The position numbers were made by a program, and so were the translations under genes. The notes under the pieces are model-generated. The model had not been told where the DNA came from. It saw only the letters and a list, made by a program, of their open reading frames with translations, and did no database searches. From the NCBI GenBank assembly GCA_963843575.1, contig CAWJKZ010000017.1, forward strand, positions 64,001 through 128,000: DNA of 64,000 bases, in the 5' to 3' direction. The DNA comes from an uncultured Acidobacteriota bacterium. GTDB lineage: Bacteria > Acidobacteriota > UBA6911. This document shows, piece after piece, positions 29,645-40,481 of the stretch (positions within the stretch are counted from its first letter, which is position 1; the number at the start of each line of letters is the position of its first letter).

Positions 29645-31054
29645 ATGGAAGAGCCGGCCGGCGCGCGGAGGAGTTTCTCTCCGCGATGGAAGACAGGACT
29701 GAGCATGGCGGCGGCAGGCGCGGTAGCGTTGTCTTTGTGGCTGGGGCTGCCCTCCCTCGCCCCGCACGCACGCAGCGTCCTGTCGATCAGTGCTCTCGTG
29801 CTTGTCCTCTGGATAAGCCAGCCCGTTCCGCACGCGCTGGCAGGCCTGATCGGCTGCTACCTGTTCTGGAGCGCGGCGGGGATGCCCTTTTCAACCGCGT
29901 TCGGCGGCTTTGCCAATGCGACGTCTTGGTTCGTGCTTGCGGCCGGGCTGTTCGGGGTCATGGCCACGAAGACGGGGTTGGCCTATCGCCTCGCACGCCG
30001 GATTCTGAGTGTGTCAGGCACGTCCTACAACCGCCTGCTCCTTAGTTTTCTGCTGACCAGTCTGGCGCTGAACCTGCTGGTGCCGTCCGGGATCGCCCGC
30101 GTGATCATCCTGGCGGGGATCGCGCTCGGCGTGACCAAGTCGCTGGGGTGGGGGCCGACGAGCGTGCCGGCGCGCGGGCTGTTTGTCACCCTGACGGTGG
30201 CTTCGTCCCTGTTCGACAAGATGATGATCACTGGCGGGAGCACCATCGTCGCCCAGGGTTTCATCGAGAAGATAGGGCAGAGCCGCGTCTACTGGAGCCA
30301 GTGGCTGTTTGCGCACGTCCCGACCATCCTGTTGAGTCTCCCGGCCTGCTGGGCCGCCGCCGTCCTGCTCTTTCCCCACCGCGACTGCGGCGCCGCCGCC
30401 CCGCTGTCGCCGGACGACCAGCCCGGCGCGTGGACACCGGCCGAGCGCCGTTGCGCCGTGTTCCTCGGGCTGGCGCTGGGCTTCTGGACGACCGATTTCA
30501 TCCACCACATCCATCCAGCCATGGTCGCGCTCGGCGTCGGCCTGGCAGCCATGCTGCCGGGCGTGGGGGTTCTGAGACCGAGGGAGCTGAAGGAATTCGA
30601 TTTCCTCCCATTTCTGTTTACCGCCTCCGCCCTGAGCCTGGGGATGGGACTGATGGAAAGCGGGGCGCTCGATACCCTCACCCAGGCGCTGCGCTCCTGG
30701 AGCCTGCTCGGCACCGATTTCGTGCCGTCCGCGATGATCCTCTATTGGACAGGGGTCGCCTACCACATGCTCGTCCCGAGCGATCCGACCACCCTGGCCA
30801 CCTCGATGCCGGCGCTTATGAACCTCGCGGTCGCGCGCAATTGGAGTCCCGTCGCTACCGGCCTCACGTGGACGCTCGCCCTGGTGGGAAAGGTGTTCGT
30901 GTACCAGTCCGGCGTCGCCATCGCGGGCTATTCGTTCGGTTATTTCAAGGCGCGCGATTTCCTGAAGATGGGGTTGAGCCTGATGGTGATCGAGTTCCTG
31001 ATCCTGGTGCTGCTGCTCCTGTGGTACTGGCCTCTCATCGGGCTGATCCGATGA
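29645..31054 (+). CDS. SLC13/DASS family anion transporter
   Basis: Many TM helices; LWISQPVP, TKTGLAYRLA, LVPSGIAR, C-terminal GYFKARDFLKMG...WYWPLIG. Confidence 0.85.
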   Translation: MEEPAGARRSFSPRWKTGLSMAAAGAVALSLWLGLPSLAPHARSVLSISALVLVLWISQPVPHALAGLIGCYLFWSAAGMPFSTAFGGFANATSWFVLAAGLFGVMATKTGLAYRLARRILSVSGTSYNRLLLSFLLTSLALNLLVPSGIARVIILAGIALGVTKSLGWGPTSVPARGLFVTLTVASSLFDKMMITGGSTIVAQGFIEKIGQSRVYWSQWLFAHVPTILLSLPACWAAAVLLFPHRDCGAAAPLSPDDQPGAWTPAERRCAVFLGLALGFWTTDFIHHIHPAMVALGVGLAAMLPGVGVLRPRELKEFDFLPFLFTASALSLGMGLMESGALDTLTQALRSWSLLGTDFVPSAMILYWTGVAYHMLVPSDPTTLATSMPALMNLAVARNWSPVATGLTWTLALVGKVFVYQSGVAIAGYSFGYFKARDFLKMGLSLMVIEFLILVLLLLWYWPLIGLIR

Positions 31055-31093
31055 AGGCGGGCGCGAACCTCGGCCGCTCCGGCCCACTTTGAC

Positions 31094-32698
31094 ATGATCG
31101 ACGATCTGAAGATGTTCGGCCGGTATTTCGCCGGTCTGCCGCGTTTTCTGAATTCGACCCTCTCGCTCGAGGCGGCGCACCTGATGGTGGAGCGGCAGTT
31201 ACAGCTCCGCGCCCCCAGTTTCCTGGAAATGGTGCGGCGCGCGATCTACGCGCGCCCTCGCAGCCCCTACCTGCGCCTGTTGCGCCACGCCGGAATCGAA
31301 TACGGCTGGGTGGAGGAGCACGTCCGCCAATCGGGGGTCGAGGCCACGCTCGACAGGCTCTACCGGGCCGGCGTTTATGTCGCGTTCGAGGAGTTCAAGG
31401 GGCGACGCCCTGTGCGAGCGGCCCGGGCTCTCTTTCCAGACGCGCCCCTCCGACTTCGACAACCCGCTGCTGGCGAAACACTATGAACTACGCACCGGCG
31501 GGTCCCGTGGCGCGGGCACCAGGATCGTTGTCGATTTCGGCCTGCTCACTCACGAATCCGCCTACAACTGCCTCACCTCCGTCAATCTCGGGGTGGCGGG
31601 CAGGCCCGTGGCCATCTGGTACTCGGTCCCGCCGACGGTCAGCGGGATGAAGCACGTCCTGCGCAACGCCAAGATCGGCCACCCCATCCAGCGCTGGTTC
31701 GCCCAGAACCGCCTGCCCTTGCGCCCCGGCACACTTCAAGCCTTTCGTATTCACCCACTATGCGGTGTGGGCCAGCCGGCTCACGCGCAACCACGCTTCC
31801 GGCGCCGGAATACACGCCGATGCACGAGGCCCACCGGGTGGCCCGGTGGCTCGCCGACCGGGTCGCCGAGGGGACGCCGGCCGAGATACACACGCGGCCG
31901 AGCTCGGGCGTGCGGGTGTGCCTCGCTGCCAGGGAGCGCGGCTACGACATCTCGGGAACCTGCTTCCGGTTTAACTCGGAACCTTACACTGCGGCGAAAG
32001 CGGGGGTGATCGCCCAGGCCGGCGCCCGGGCGGCCGTCCAGTACTCGCTGGCCGAGATCGGCAACATCGGCATCGCCTGCAACGCTCCCGCGGCGCTGGA
32101 CGATGTCCACGTCGCGATCGACAAACTCGCGGTCGTCCAGCACGACAAGTATCTGCCCAACGCCGCCGTCTCGGTCCCGGCCCTGTATTACACGACCCTG
32201 CTGCCGAGCAGCCCCAAGCTGATGCTGAACGTCGAGAGCGACGACTACGGGGTGCTGGAGAGGCGCCGGTGCGGCTGCCTGCTCGACGACCTCGGCTTCC
32301 ACACGCACCTGTCCGAAATCCGGAGTTACGATAAACTGACGAGCGAAGGGATGACGTTCCTCGGCAGCGAGCTCATTTCGCTCGTCGACGAGGTGCTCCC
32401 GTCCCGCTTCGGGGGAATCCGACCGACTACCAGTTGGTCGAGGAAGAGGAGGATGGCTTGCCCAGGGTGAGCCTCGTCGTCAGCCCTCGGGTCGGGACCT
32501 TGGACGAGGCGGAGGTCGTGGAGCGCGGTGCTCGCGTTCCTGAGGGCCTACCCTTCGTGCAAGAAGCTGATGTCCGACGTGTGGCGGGACAGCCGGACCC
32601 TCCGGGTGGTGCGCCGGGAGCCTTACCTGACCGGCGCGGCCAAGATTATGCCCCTGCACTTGGTGAGCGCGAAAAACGCCACGTCCGCTAGCTCTTGA
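31094..32698 (+). CDS. Hypothetical protein, probable PaaK/CapK-like adenylate-forming (ANL) enzyme; about 4 frameshifts
   Basis: Stitched frames show RTGGSRG (P-loop-like), QYSLAEIG, LNVESDDYG, CGCLL, IRSYDKLTSEGM and C-terminal TGAAKIMPLH. Confidence 0.6.
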
Positions 32699-32802
32699 CC
32701 GACCGGCATGGGAGGGGCCGCGCGATCCCCTGCCGCGCGACGCAGCCATCCAGGTTGCGTCATATCGAGGCCCGACGCGAGCCGGCCCCGACCGTGAACA
32801 GA

Positions 32803-34245
32803 ATGGTTACCGGGCGCAAATTTGTCCTGAATCTCACCTGGCTGTCCGCGGGGGACGTGGCCGCGAAGATCCTGGCCTTTTTCGCCTTCGCCCGCCTGGC
32901 GCGAGTGCTCGGGACCGACGGCTTCGGCTCCATCGCCTTTGCCGCCGCCTTCACCCTGTACTTCTCCCTGATCGTCAGCCAGGGGCTCGACGTGTACGCT
33001 ATCCAGGAAGTGGCGCGCGACCTCGGCATCCTGCAGCGGCGCGCGGCGTCGATCCTGGGGTTGCGGCTGGTCTCGACCCTGGTCGCCTATCCCGCCCTGC
33101 TCCTCGTCTCGTCGCAGATCGGGAAGCCGGCCCAGGTGAAGGTCCTCGTGCTCCTCTATGGCCTCAGCTTCATCCCCTCGGCGCTTTCGCTCCAGTGGGT
33201 GTTCCAGGTGACGGAACACATGAAGTACGTCGCCGGAGCGAACGTGCTCGGCCAGATGGTCTTCGCCTCGCTCGTGCTCCTCTCCATCGGGCGGCCGTCG
33301 CAGATATTCCTGGTTCCCGTCTTCCAGTGCGCCGGGGAACTGGCCGGGACGATCTTCTTCTTCTGCCTCTATCGCAAGCTCTTTGGGCCGGTGCGGATCT
33401 CGTTCAGGGCGGGGGACTGGACGCACATGCTGCGCGGGTCGCTCCCGATGGGTTTTTCGGGGGCGCTGAGCCTGGTCATGATCAATTTCGACATGGTCTT
33501 GCTCGGGTTCATGAAGCCGGCCTCCGAGGTTGGCCAGTACAGCGCCGCCTACAAAGTGATCGCGTTCTTCTCGTCCCTGATCCTGCTGTACAACCGGAAC
33601 CTCTTCCCCGCAGTCTCGCGCTCCCGGGGCCGGCCCGACACGCTCCGCCAGATATCCGACGGCACGCAGAAATACTGCCTCCTCCTGTCGATGCCGCTTG
33701 CGCTCGGCGGATCCATACTCGCGGGACCCCTGATGCGGATGATCTTCGGCCCCGAATACGGAGGTGGCGCCGCGGCGCTGGCGATTTTGATCTGGATCGT
33801 CCCGACCGCGTCCCTGAGGGTGCTGTATCGCGTCACGCTGATGTCTCACGGGCTGCAGAGACTCAACCTCTGGCTGGCGTTCTGCGCGGTTGCGGTCAAC
33901 GTCGGGCTCAACGTGGCGCTGATCCCGAGGTTCGGGATCCTGGGGTCGGCCGCGGCCTCCGTCACCTCCGAAATCTTGCTGCTCCTGATTTCCTTCGGCG
34001 CCGTGACGCGCCGGGTGGCTCCGCTGCCACTCGCGAAGCACTTGATCGGGCCGGCGCTCATGTGCCTGCCGATGGCGGCTTTTCTCCTTTGGTTTCCCGG
34101 GCTACACGTGGCGGCCTGCGTCGCGGCCGGGTTCCTGATCTACATGGCGTCGGGCGCCGTGTTCGGAACCCTTGACCTGCGCGAGATATCCGCCCTTGCG
34201 GGCGTCACGCGCGGGGCGAAGACCGGTCCGGAGGAGGAACGATGA
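32803..34245 (+). CDS. Wzx-type polysaccharide flippase (MOP family)
   Basis: [19 protein letters not shown]...[28 protein letters not shown]; many TM helices. Confidence 0.9.
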   Translation: MVTGRKFVLNLTWLSAGDVAAKILAFFAFARLARVLGTDGFGSIAFAAAFTLYFSLIVSQGLDVYAIQEVARDLGILQRRAASILGLRLVSTLVAYPALLLVSSQIGKPAQVKVLVLLYGLSFIPSALSLQWVFQVTEHMKYVAGANVLGQMVFASLVLLSIGRPSQIFLVPVFQCAGELAGTIFFFCLYRKLFGPVRISFRAGDWTHMLRGSLPMGFSGALSLVMINFDMVLLGFMKPASEVGQYSAAYKVIAFFSSLILLYNRNLFPAVSRSRGRPDTLRQISDGTQKYCLLLSMPLALGGSILAGPLMRMIFGPEYGGGAAALAILIWIVPTASLRVLYRVTLMSHGLQRLNLWLAFCAVAVNVGLNVALIPRFGILGSAAASVTSEILLLLISFGAVTRRVAPLPLAKHLIGPALMCLPMAAFLLWFPGLHVAACVAAGFLIYMASGAVFGTLDLREISALAGVTRGAKTGPEEER

Positions 34246-35157
34246 GCCGCGTCCCCGTCACGATCATCACCGGTTTCCTCGGCAGCGGCAAGACGACGCT
34301 GCTGAATCACCTCTTGCGCTCCGGCGCCGGGTTCCGGCTGGCGGTGGTCGTCAACGAGTTTGGCGCTGTGGGTGTCGACGGCGCCCTGGTTTCGGGGGGG
34401 AGCTGTTCGTTGAACTCGACAACGGCTGCCTGTGCTGCGCGCTGAACCAGGACCTCGAGAGCCTTCTGAACGCGCTGTCCCGGCGCGGCGGCTTCGACCA
34501 CCTCGTCATCGAGACCACGGGGCTGGCCGATCCCCTCGGGGTAGCTTGGACTTTCGAGCGGCCCGGCCTGGTTTCGTACTTCCGGATGGACGCGATCGTC
34601 ACCGTCGTGGACGCCGCTAATGTCGACTCGGCACTGGAACAAGCGATCGAGGCGCAGGTCCAGATTGAGCGGGCAGATCTGCTCGTGCTCAACAAGCTCG
34701 ACCTCGTGCCGGACAACGGCGCCGCCGCGGAGGAAGCCGTCCGACGGCTGAACTGCCCAGGCGCGGATCCTGCCCGCGTCCTACGGGGCCGTCCCCTGGT
34801 CGGTCGTGCTCGACCCCGGCCCAGCGAAGGCTCCGGCCGCGCCCGCTCCACCACGCGCCGGGCACCGGCACAGCCCGTTCGAATCCTGGTCCTGGGAAAC
34901 GGACGCAGACCATCCGCGCCGAGCATCTGGAAGACCTGTTCTACGATCTGCCCGCCGGCGTCTATCGCGTGAAAGGCATCCTGCGCACCCCGGGGGATAC
35001 CGGCTGGACCGCAGCCCACTGCGTGGCCGGGCGGTTCGACATCTCGCCCGCTCCCCCGCCCCGCGAGCCGCTGCGCCGGGGCGCGCTCGTCTTCATCGGC
35101 AAAAACCTCGACCGCCCCGCGCTTGCCGCCCTCTGCGCCCGCCTGGAACGCCCCTAG
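34242..35157 (+). CDS. CobW/COG0523 GTPase metallochaperone (frameshifted)
   Basis: [39 protein letters not shown], then RVKGIL...LVFIGKNLD. Confidence 0.88.
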
Positions 35158-35196
35158 CCCTTCCGTCCTCGGCTTCCGGCTCCCGGCTTCTGCTTC

Positions 35197-37539
35197 TCAG
35201 AACAGGCGTAGCTGCGGGTGAATGGCGGTGACGGCGTCGAAATCGATGCCCAGCAGCAGGAACACAGGTTCCGCCACGGCGCGCAGCTGTTTCTGGATGT
35301 AGTGCTCGTAGTCGATCGCAGAGGTGCGCGTGGCGGACGGTTCCGGCCCGTTCCGGGTCACGACATACGAGATGACCTGCCCCGCCCTGGCGGTCCCCTT
35401 GCGCGCCGCGGAAACGTGGGGTGGGGTCGACGCGACGTATTCGGCCAGCCCCTTGCGCAGCGCCTTGCGATAGACCAGCATGCCGTCCAACTGGCCTGCC
35501 CGCAGCTGCGCGGCGATCTCCCGGACGTACGCCTCGACGGGCTGTTCGCTGAAGAGGCGCAGATAGAGCTCGCGCTGGGTGCGCCGCGCCAGCTCGGTCC
35601 AATCGCTGCGGACGGCCTCCATCCCGGTAAACACCACTGCCGGCCTGCCGTCCTCGTCGACGAGCCCCGCGTAACGCTTCCGGGCCCCGGCCGCGCCGTG
35701 CCGTGCCGCCGGCAGCAGGAAACGCAGATAGAGCCGCTCGAACTTCATTTCGAGCCTGCTCTCGACGCGCCAACGCCGGGCCACGTGGTCGGCCAGGTCC
35801 CGATTCAGCCGGGCGGGGAGCGCGGCGCCCAGCGCGCGCGCCTTGTCGGTGTCGCCCGTGCCCGACACGACGAACAAGCTGTCGGTGTCGCCGTAGAGCA
35901 CCTCGTAACCGTAGCCCTCGATTGCCGCCTTGGACCAGAGCAGGATCTCGCGGCCGAAACTGGTGATCGCATTGGCCAGCTCGGGGGAGGCAAACCGGCA
36001 GGCGGGAGTCCCCAGGACGCCGTAAAAGGAATTCATCAGGATCTTGATCGCGTGACTCGCGACCCTGTCGCCGGCAGCCCGGGCCTTCTCGCGGCGCGGG
36101 AAGAGATCGTCGAGGATGCCGGGGAGGATGCCGGGCTCGCGCCGGAAGGCGGCTCCGTTCGGGGCCACGATGGGGTCGTCCCCCGGTCGAGGGGCGGGCA
36201 GGTATCCGCAGGGATCGATCTGGAACGTGCGGATGACGCTCGGGTACAGGCTCTTGAAATCGAGGACCAGCACGTTGCGGTACAACCCGGGACGCGGCGC
36301 CAGGACGTGTCCCCCGGCGGTGGCCCCCCATCGAGTGGCCGCCGCCTGGACGGATGGGGCGACGAGTCCGCGCCTCGCCAGTTCACCCAGATAGAGAAAA
36401 TCGAACGAGGCGATGCTGGCCCCCACCCTGTCCAGCGCCATGCCGGTGAGCCTGCTCCGCTCGACCGCCAGGTCGACGAGCCGCAGCTTGTCCAGGATCT
36501 CGAGGACCAGCCGCGAGTCGTTCAGGTTGTACTCGACGAGCCGGGCCCGGTCCTCCTTGAACATGCGCAGGATTTCGCCGGCCCGCCGGGCGCCCTGGAT
36601 CGTTTTGGACTTGCCCAGGATCTCGCGCGCCGCCGATTCCAGCGAGTAACTCTCCAGCCGCACGAAGGAGCTGCGCAGCGCATGAATGCCGTCGAGAACG
36701 ACGCGCCCCTGCACGAACGCCTGGCTCGCGCCGCGTCCGAAAGAAGGACGCGCGCGCATTCTCAAGGGCTCCGGGCCGCGTCCGAGGGCGAGGCGGACGT
36801 CGCACCGTTCCGCGATCCGGGCCAGGGTGGCGAGGTCGAAATCCACCACGTTCCAGCCGGTGAGGATGTCGGGGTCGAGCTCGCGCACGCGTGCGAGGAA
36901 CGCCTCGAGGAGCTCCTTCTCGCTCCGTAAGCAGGACGCGGTGCCGACGCTGTCGTAACCGCGCGGCGTGAAGAGCAGCACCTCTTCGACGCCGCAACCG
37001 GCCAGCGAGATCGAAAGGAGGCGCCGCGCCGAGGGGTCGGTCTCGATGTCGAAGGCGAGCACGGTGAGCCGGGGGATCCAATCGCCGGGACGCACCTGGG
37101 GGTTTTCGAACACGAGCACGCCGCAGTCGGTGCGGCACGGGGCGCCTTCGATGACGAGCGAGCCGCGGATGCGGCGGTCGATCAGGTAGCGCGCGGCGAA
37201 GCCGACGTCCGCCTCGTAACAGCGGATACCCCGGGCGGTGAGCGCATCCCGCAGGGGCGGGACGTCGGCAGGCGTCCGCACGCGCACACGCACGACGGGG
37301 CGCCCCGCCATGTCGGTCTTCGGGGGATGCGTCGCTTCGATGCCGGGGACCGAACCACTCAGCCGGGAGGCGTCGTCGCTGCCGATGTAGAAATACGGAA
37401 CCTGCCGGTCGTCCCGGACCAGGAACGGTTGGCCCGTGTCGAGCTTGCCATAGAGCATGACGACTGGCAGGCCCGATTCAACCCGGTAGGTGCTCTCGAG
37501 GATGAAACCTCGGCGGGCACCCTCGACGATCTCACCCAT
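35197..37539 (-). CDS. polB: DNA polymerase II (family B)
   Basis: Exonuclease motifs FDIETD and GWNVVDFD; polymerase motifs LDFKSLYPS, KILMNSFYG, YGDTDS. Confidence 0.95.
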   Translation of the reverse strand: MGEIVEGARRGFILESTYRVESGLPVVMLYGKLDTGQPFLVRDDRQVPYFYIGSDDASRLSGSVPGIEATHPPKTDMAGRPVVRVRVRTPADVPPLRDALTARGIRCYEADVGFAARYLIDRRIRGSLVIEGAPCRTDCGVLVFENPQVRPGDWIPRLTVLAFDIETDPSARRLLSISLAGCGVEEVLLFTPRGYDSVGTASCLRSEKELLEAFLARVRELDPDILTGWNVVDFDLATLARIAERCDVRLALGRGPEPLRMRARPSFGRGASQAFVQGRVVLDGIHALRSSFVRLESYSLESAAREILGKSKTIQGARRAGEILRMFKEDRARLVEYNLNDSRLVLEILDKLRLVDLAVERSRLTGMALDRVGASIASFDFLYLGELARRGLVAPSVQAAATRWGATAGGHVLAPRPGLYRNVLVLDFKSLYPSVIRTFQIDPCGYLPAPRPGDDPIVAPNGAAFRREPGILPGILDDLFPRREKARAAGDRVASHAIKILMNSFYGVLGTPACRFASPELANAITSFGREILLWSKAAIEGYGYEVLYGDTDSLFVVSGTGDTDKARALGAALPARLNRDLADHVARRWRVESRLEMKFERLYLRFLLPAARHGAAGARKRYAGLVDEDGRPAVVFTGMEAVRSDWTELARRTQRELYLRLFSEQPVEAYVREIAAQLRAGQLDGMLVYRKALRKGLAEYVASTPPHVSAARKGTARAGQVISYVVTRNGPEPSATRTSAIDYEHYIQKQLRAVAEPVFLLLGIDFDAVTAIHPQLRLF

Positions 37540-37608
37540 GAGCTACATTATAGCGGGGCCGGGAAGGGCCAAGGCGGCCGCGCGCGGCCCGGCCCCGCAA
37601 CAGGCGGG

Positions 37609-38733
37609 CTATCGGCCGGGCTGAGCCTCGCGGAAAAGCAGGGGAACGAATTCGGCGAGGTAGCGCCTCCACACCCTCCAGGTGTGCGCGCCCGGGAGTT
37701 TCCGTCCAGGAGAAACGCACGCCTTTCGCTTTGAGCCAGTCGAGGAACTTGCGGTTGTCGGCGATGAGGCGGTCGTCCTTGCCGCACGCCACCCAGAGCA
37801 GGCGCAGGCGGTCGTTGGCCTGCGCGCTCGAGCCCGGGGAACGTCTGGGCGAAGTCGTCGCCCAGGCCGCCCGAGCTGAATGCCCCGACCCAGGCGAAAC
37901 GGTCGAGCGCGTTGAGGCCCGTGAACAGCGACTCGGCGCCGCCCATCGACAGGCCCGCGATCGCGCGCCGATTCCTGTCCCTCGAGGCGTTGTAGAGGCG
38001 CTCCACCTGGGGGAGCACCTCCTTGAGCGTGGCGTCGCGGAACCCTTCCATGTTGCGCCGCCACAGCGACGCGTCGCGCGGGCCGCGCGTGGCGAGCACC
38101 TCCGGCGCGCCGTACCCGAGCGGCATGACGACCAGCATCGGCTTCGCTTTTCCGGACAGCGATCAGGTTATCGAGAACGACGTGGGCCCGGCCCACCGCC
38201 GTCCAGCCCGAGGCGTCGTCGCTGAAACCGTGCAGCAGGTAGAGGACGGGATAGCCGCCCCGCGCTCCCGGGTCATAGCCGGGCGGCGTGTACACGTAGA
38301 AATCGCGGTCGTCACCGACGACGCCGGACCGGTAAAAGTGCCGGTGCAGCGCTCCGCGAGGCACGTCGTTGACCTCCCAGGGCAGGGTCGAGGGGCCGGG
38401 CACGTGCAGCAGGCTCTGCACGTTCAAGAGGTTCGGTTTCATGACCGGGTTCACCGGGTCGACCAGGACGAGCCCGTCGGCGACAAAGGAGTACGCGTAG
38501 AGGTCCGGTTCGAGCGGCTCGGTCGTGAAGGACCAGACCCCCTGCTCGTCCTTCTGCATCGGGACGCGCTGGGCCCCCTCCCGCGCCAGGAGGACCTCTT
38601 TGGCATTGGGGGCCCGGAGCCGGAACGTCACACGGCCGTCGGAGTGGACTTCGGGCGACGCCACAGGCTGAGGCGCCTGGGCCTGCGCCGCGAGCGAAAA
38701 CAGGGGAATGAAGAGAGCGGCGAGAAAGCGCAT
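37609..38733 (-). CDS. Secreted CBM48/E-set + alpha/beta-hydrolase esterase (3 frameshifts)
   Basis: SPEVHSDGRVTFRLRAPNA, YVYTPPGY, YPVLYLLHG, AGLSMGG, GAHTW. Confidence 0.88.
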   Translation of the reverse strand: MRFLAALFIPLFSLAAQAQAPQPVASPEVHSDGRVTFRLRAPNAKEVLLAREGAQRVPMQKDEQGVWSFTTEPLEPDLYAYSFVADGLVLVDPVNPVMKPNLLNVQSLLHVPGPSTLPWEVNDVPRGALHRHFYRSGVVGDDRDFYVYTPPGYDPGARGGYPVLYLLHGFSDDASGWTAVGRAHVVLDNLIAVRKSEADAGRHAARVRRAGGARHARPARRVAVAAQHGRVPRRHAQGGAPPGGAPLQRLEGQESARDRGPVDGRRRVAVHGPQRARPFRLGRGIQLGRPGRRLRPDVPRARARRPTTACACSGWRAARTTASSPTTASSSTGSKRKACVSPGRKLPGAHTWRVWRRYLAEFVPLLFREAQPGR

Positions 38734-38795
38734 GTCAACCTCCCGGAGGGCTCACCTCGATGGTTCCAAGAATCGTCGGAATCCATCATTGCTTG

Positions 38796-39683
38796 CTATG
38801 GCTGTGTCGGGCCGGCGCTACCCGCCGTCTTCAGGTCGCGGAGGACGTCGGCGGGGGTCCACTCGTTCCCCTGATAAAGGCGGACGAGCCTGCCGTCGGG
38901 TCCGATCAGCGCCGTGCGCAGCGAGTGAACGATCTGTCCCTTTTCCGGCCAGTAGTCCAGCCCGAAGTAGCGGGTGATGGCCTTAACTTCCTCGCCGCTG
39001 CCCGAGGCGAACTCCCAGTCGCGGAAGGCATCGGGGCCGACCTCGCCGATGAAGCCCCTGCCGTATCCCCGCAGCACTTCCGCCGTGTCATGCTCGGGGT
39101 CGAAGCTGACCGTCAGCAGGTGGAGCCGGTGGCGCAGGTCCGCGTCGTTCCGCATGGCCCTGTGAATCTGCGCGAAGTTGCCGCTCATCCGCGGGCAGAA
39201 GTCCGGCAGCGGGCAGCGCGTGTAGATGAAGGTCAGCAGCAGGGCCGTGCCGCGGTACTGGTGCAGGCGGATGTGCTTGCCCTCCTGGTTTGTGAGGACA
39301 AAATCCGGCACCTCCGCACCCGGATCGGGCAGGGTCGACGCCGCAACCGGGGCGGAGGCGCCTGCGGGGGCCTGCTGGACGACCGTGATCTCCTCGAGCC
39401 ACGACCGCCCCGCTTCAACCACGAGCGTGGCGCTGATCTCCTGGCCCGGCGCCAGGACACGGAAGGGCCACTCGTCGCGGATCGCAAAGGGCATGGTCAT
39501 CGCCGCCATGAACCCGGGGATCTCCTCGTGCGCGACGGTCACGCGCCGGGCGTCCTTGTCCACCGAAATGACCTTGCCCCTCACCGCGTAGCGGAGGGTC
39601 GTCTCCTGCGGGCGCGTGCCGCAGGAGGCCAGCAGCCAAAGCATCGTGACCGCCGCGCCGATCAGTAGTCTGCGCCGACACAT
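38796..39683 (-). CDS. SCO family lipoprotein with N-terminal CusF-like copper-binding domain
   Basis: Lipobox LASC, HEEIPGFMAAMTMPF, FIYTRCPLPDFCP, HSLRTALI. Confidence 0.92.
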   Translation of the reverse strand: MCRRRLLIGAAVTMLWLLASCGTRPQETTLRYAVRGKVISVDKDARRVTVAHEEIPGFMAAMTMPFAIRDEWPFRVLAPGQEISATLVVEAGRSWLEEITVVQQAPAGASAPVAASTLPDPGAEVPDFVLTNQEGKHIRLHQYRGTALLLTFIYTRCPLPDFCPRMSGNFAQIHRAMRNDADLRHRLHLLTVSFDPEHDTAEVLRGYGRGFIGEVGPDAFRDWEFASGSGEEVKAITRYFGLDYWPEKGQIVHSLRTALIGPDGRLVRLYQGNEWTPADVLRDLKTAGSAGPTQP

Positions 39684-39762
39684 GGGAATAGTCCGGAAGT
39701 AGGCACCGCAATCCTGCACGCCGCCCATTGTAGCACCGGAGCCGGTCCAAACCACGAAACGC

Positions 39763-39791
39763 TTGCAAGGCGGCCTTCCTGCCCTTATAGT
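39763..39791 (+). promoter_or_regulatory. Sigma70-type promoter of the RRM gene
   Basis: TTGCAA (39763-39768), 17-nt spacer, TATAGT (39786-39791). Confidence 0.7.
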
Positions 39792-39836
39792 GGTGCCGCG
39801 GTGTCAGTGCTTTTCGTTCGACGTTTTCGGTAATGC

Positions 39837-39874
39837 GGCTGCGGCTTCGGGACACTGGGGCGCAGCCTTTTTTT
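39837..39874 (+). terminator. Intrinsic-terminator-like hairpin within the RRM gene leader
   Basis: GGCTGCG...CGCAGCC stem followed by T7, ending 28 nt before the ATG. Confidence 0.55.
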
Positions 39875-39902
39875 GTGCCTTTTGCTAGGCCGGCCAAGGA
39901 AC

Positions 39903-40199
39903 ATGCCAGGCAGAATCTTTTTGGGAAACCTGTCGTTTAACCTGACCGATACGGATGTGCAGGAACTCTTCGAGAGCCAGAACATCCCTGTCGCCAGCGT
40001 AAAAATCATGCGGGACCGCGAGACGGGTAAGTCGCGCGGTTTCGGTTTTGTCGAACTCGCCCCCGAGGCCGACATGGAGGCCGTCATCAGGGAGATGAAC
40101 GGCAAAGTGGTCGACGGACGCGCACTCACGGTCAACGAAGCCCGGCCGCAGACGCGGCGCGATTCGCCCGGGTACCGCGACCGAGAGTTCGGCCACTAG
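39903..40199 (+). CDS. Single-RRM RNA-binding protein
   Basis: RNP2 IFLGNL, RNP1 RGFGFVEL, DRETGKS, GRALTVNEARP. Confidence 0.95.
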   Translation: MPGRIFLGNLSFNLTDTDVQELFESQNIPVASVKIMRDRETGKSRGFGFVELAPEADMEAVIREMNGKVVDGRALTVNEARPQTRRDSPGYRDREFGH

Positions 40200-40481
40200 C
40201 CCTAATACCGGCAGACCGGGCCGAGGCTGCAAAGTGGGCCGACGCGGTCCGAACCATCCTCCACCGCACCCCAAGCCGTCCCCCCTCGGGTGCAACCTGC
40301 CGGGGATCCGTGGGCATGCCCGCGTTCGGTGCCGGTTTTCGTTGAATTGCAGCGGCGCGCAGTAGTAGTTTTGCTGCATCTGGGAACGATGCTTTGCAGA
40401 ACACGAACCCACCGAGCGACGCATGGGTGTACGCCTGTCCTTCCCAACCGCAAACCACTCCCTCCATATCGCTGGTACAAA

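Noticed and set aside
35197-37539. Family B polymerase as a marker of a pipolin, casposon or phage
   Set aside because: It has the size and motifs of cellular Pol II, with no integrase, cas1, terminal repeats or phage genes nearby.
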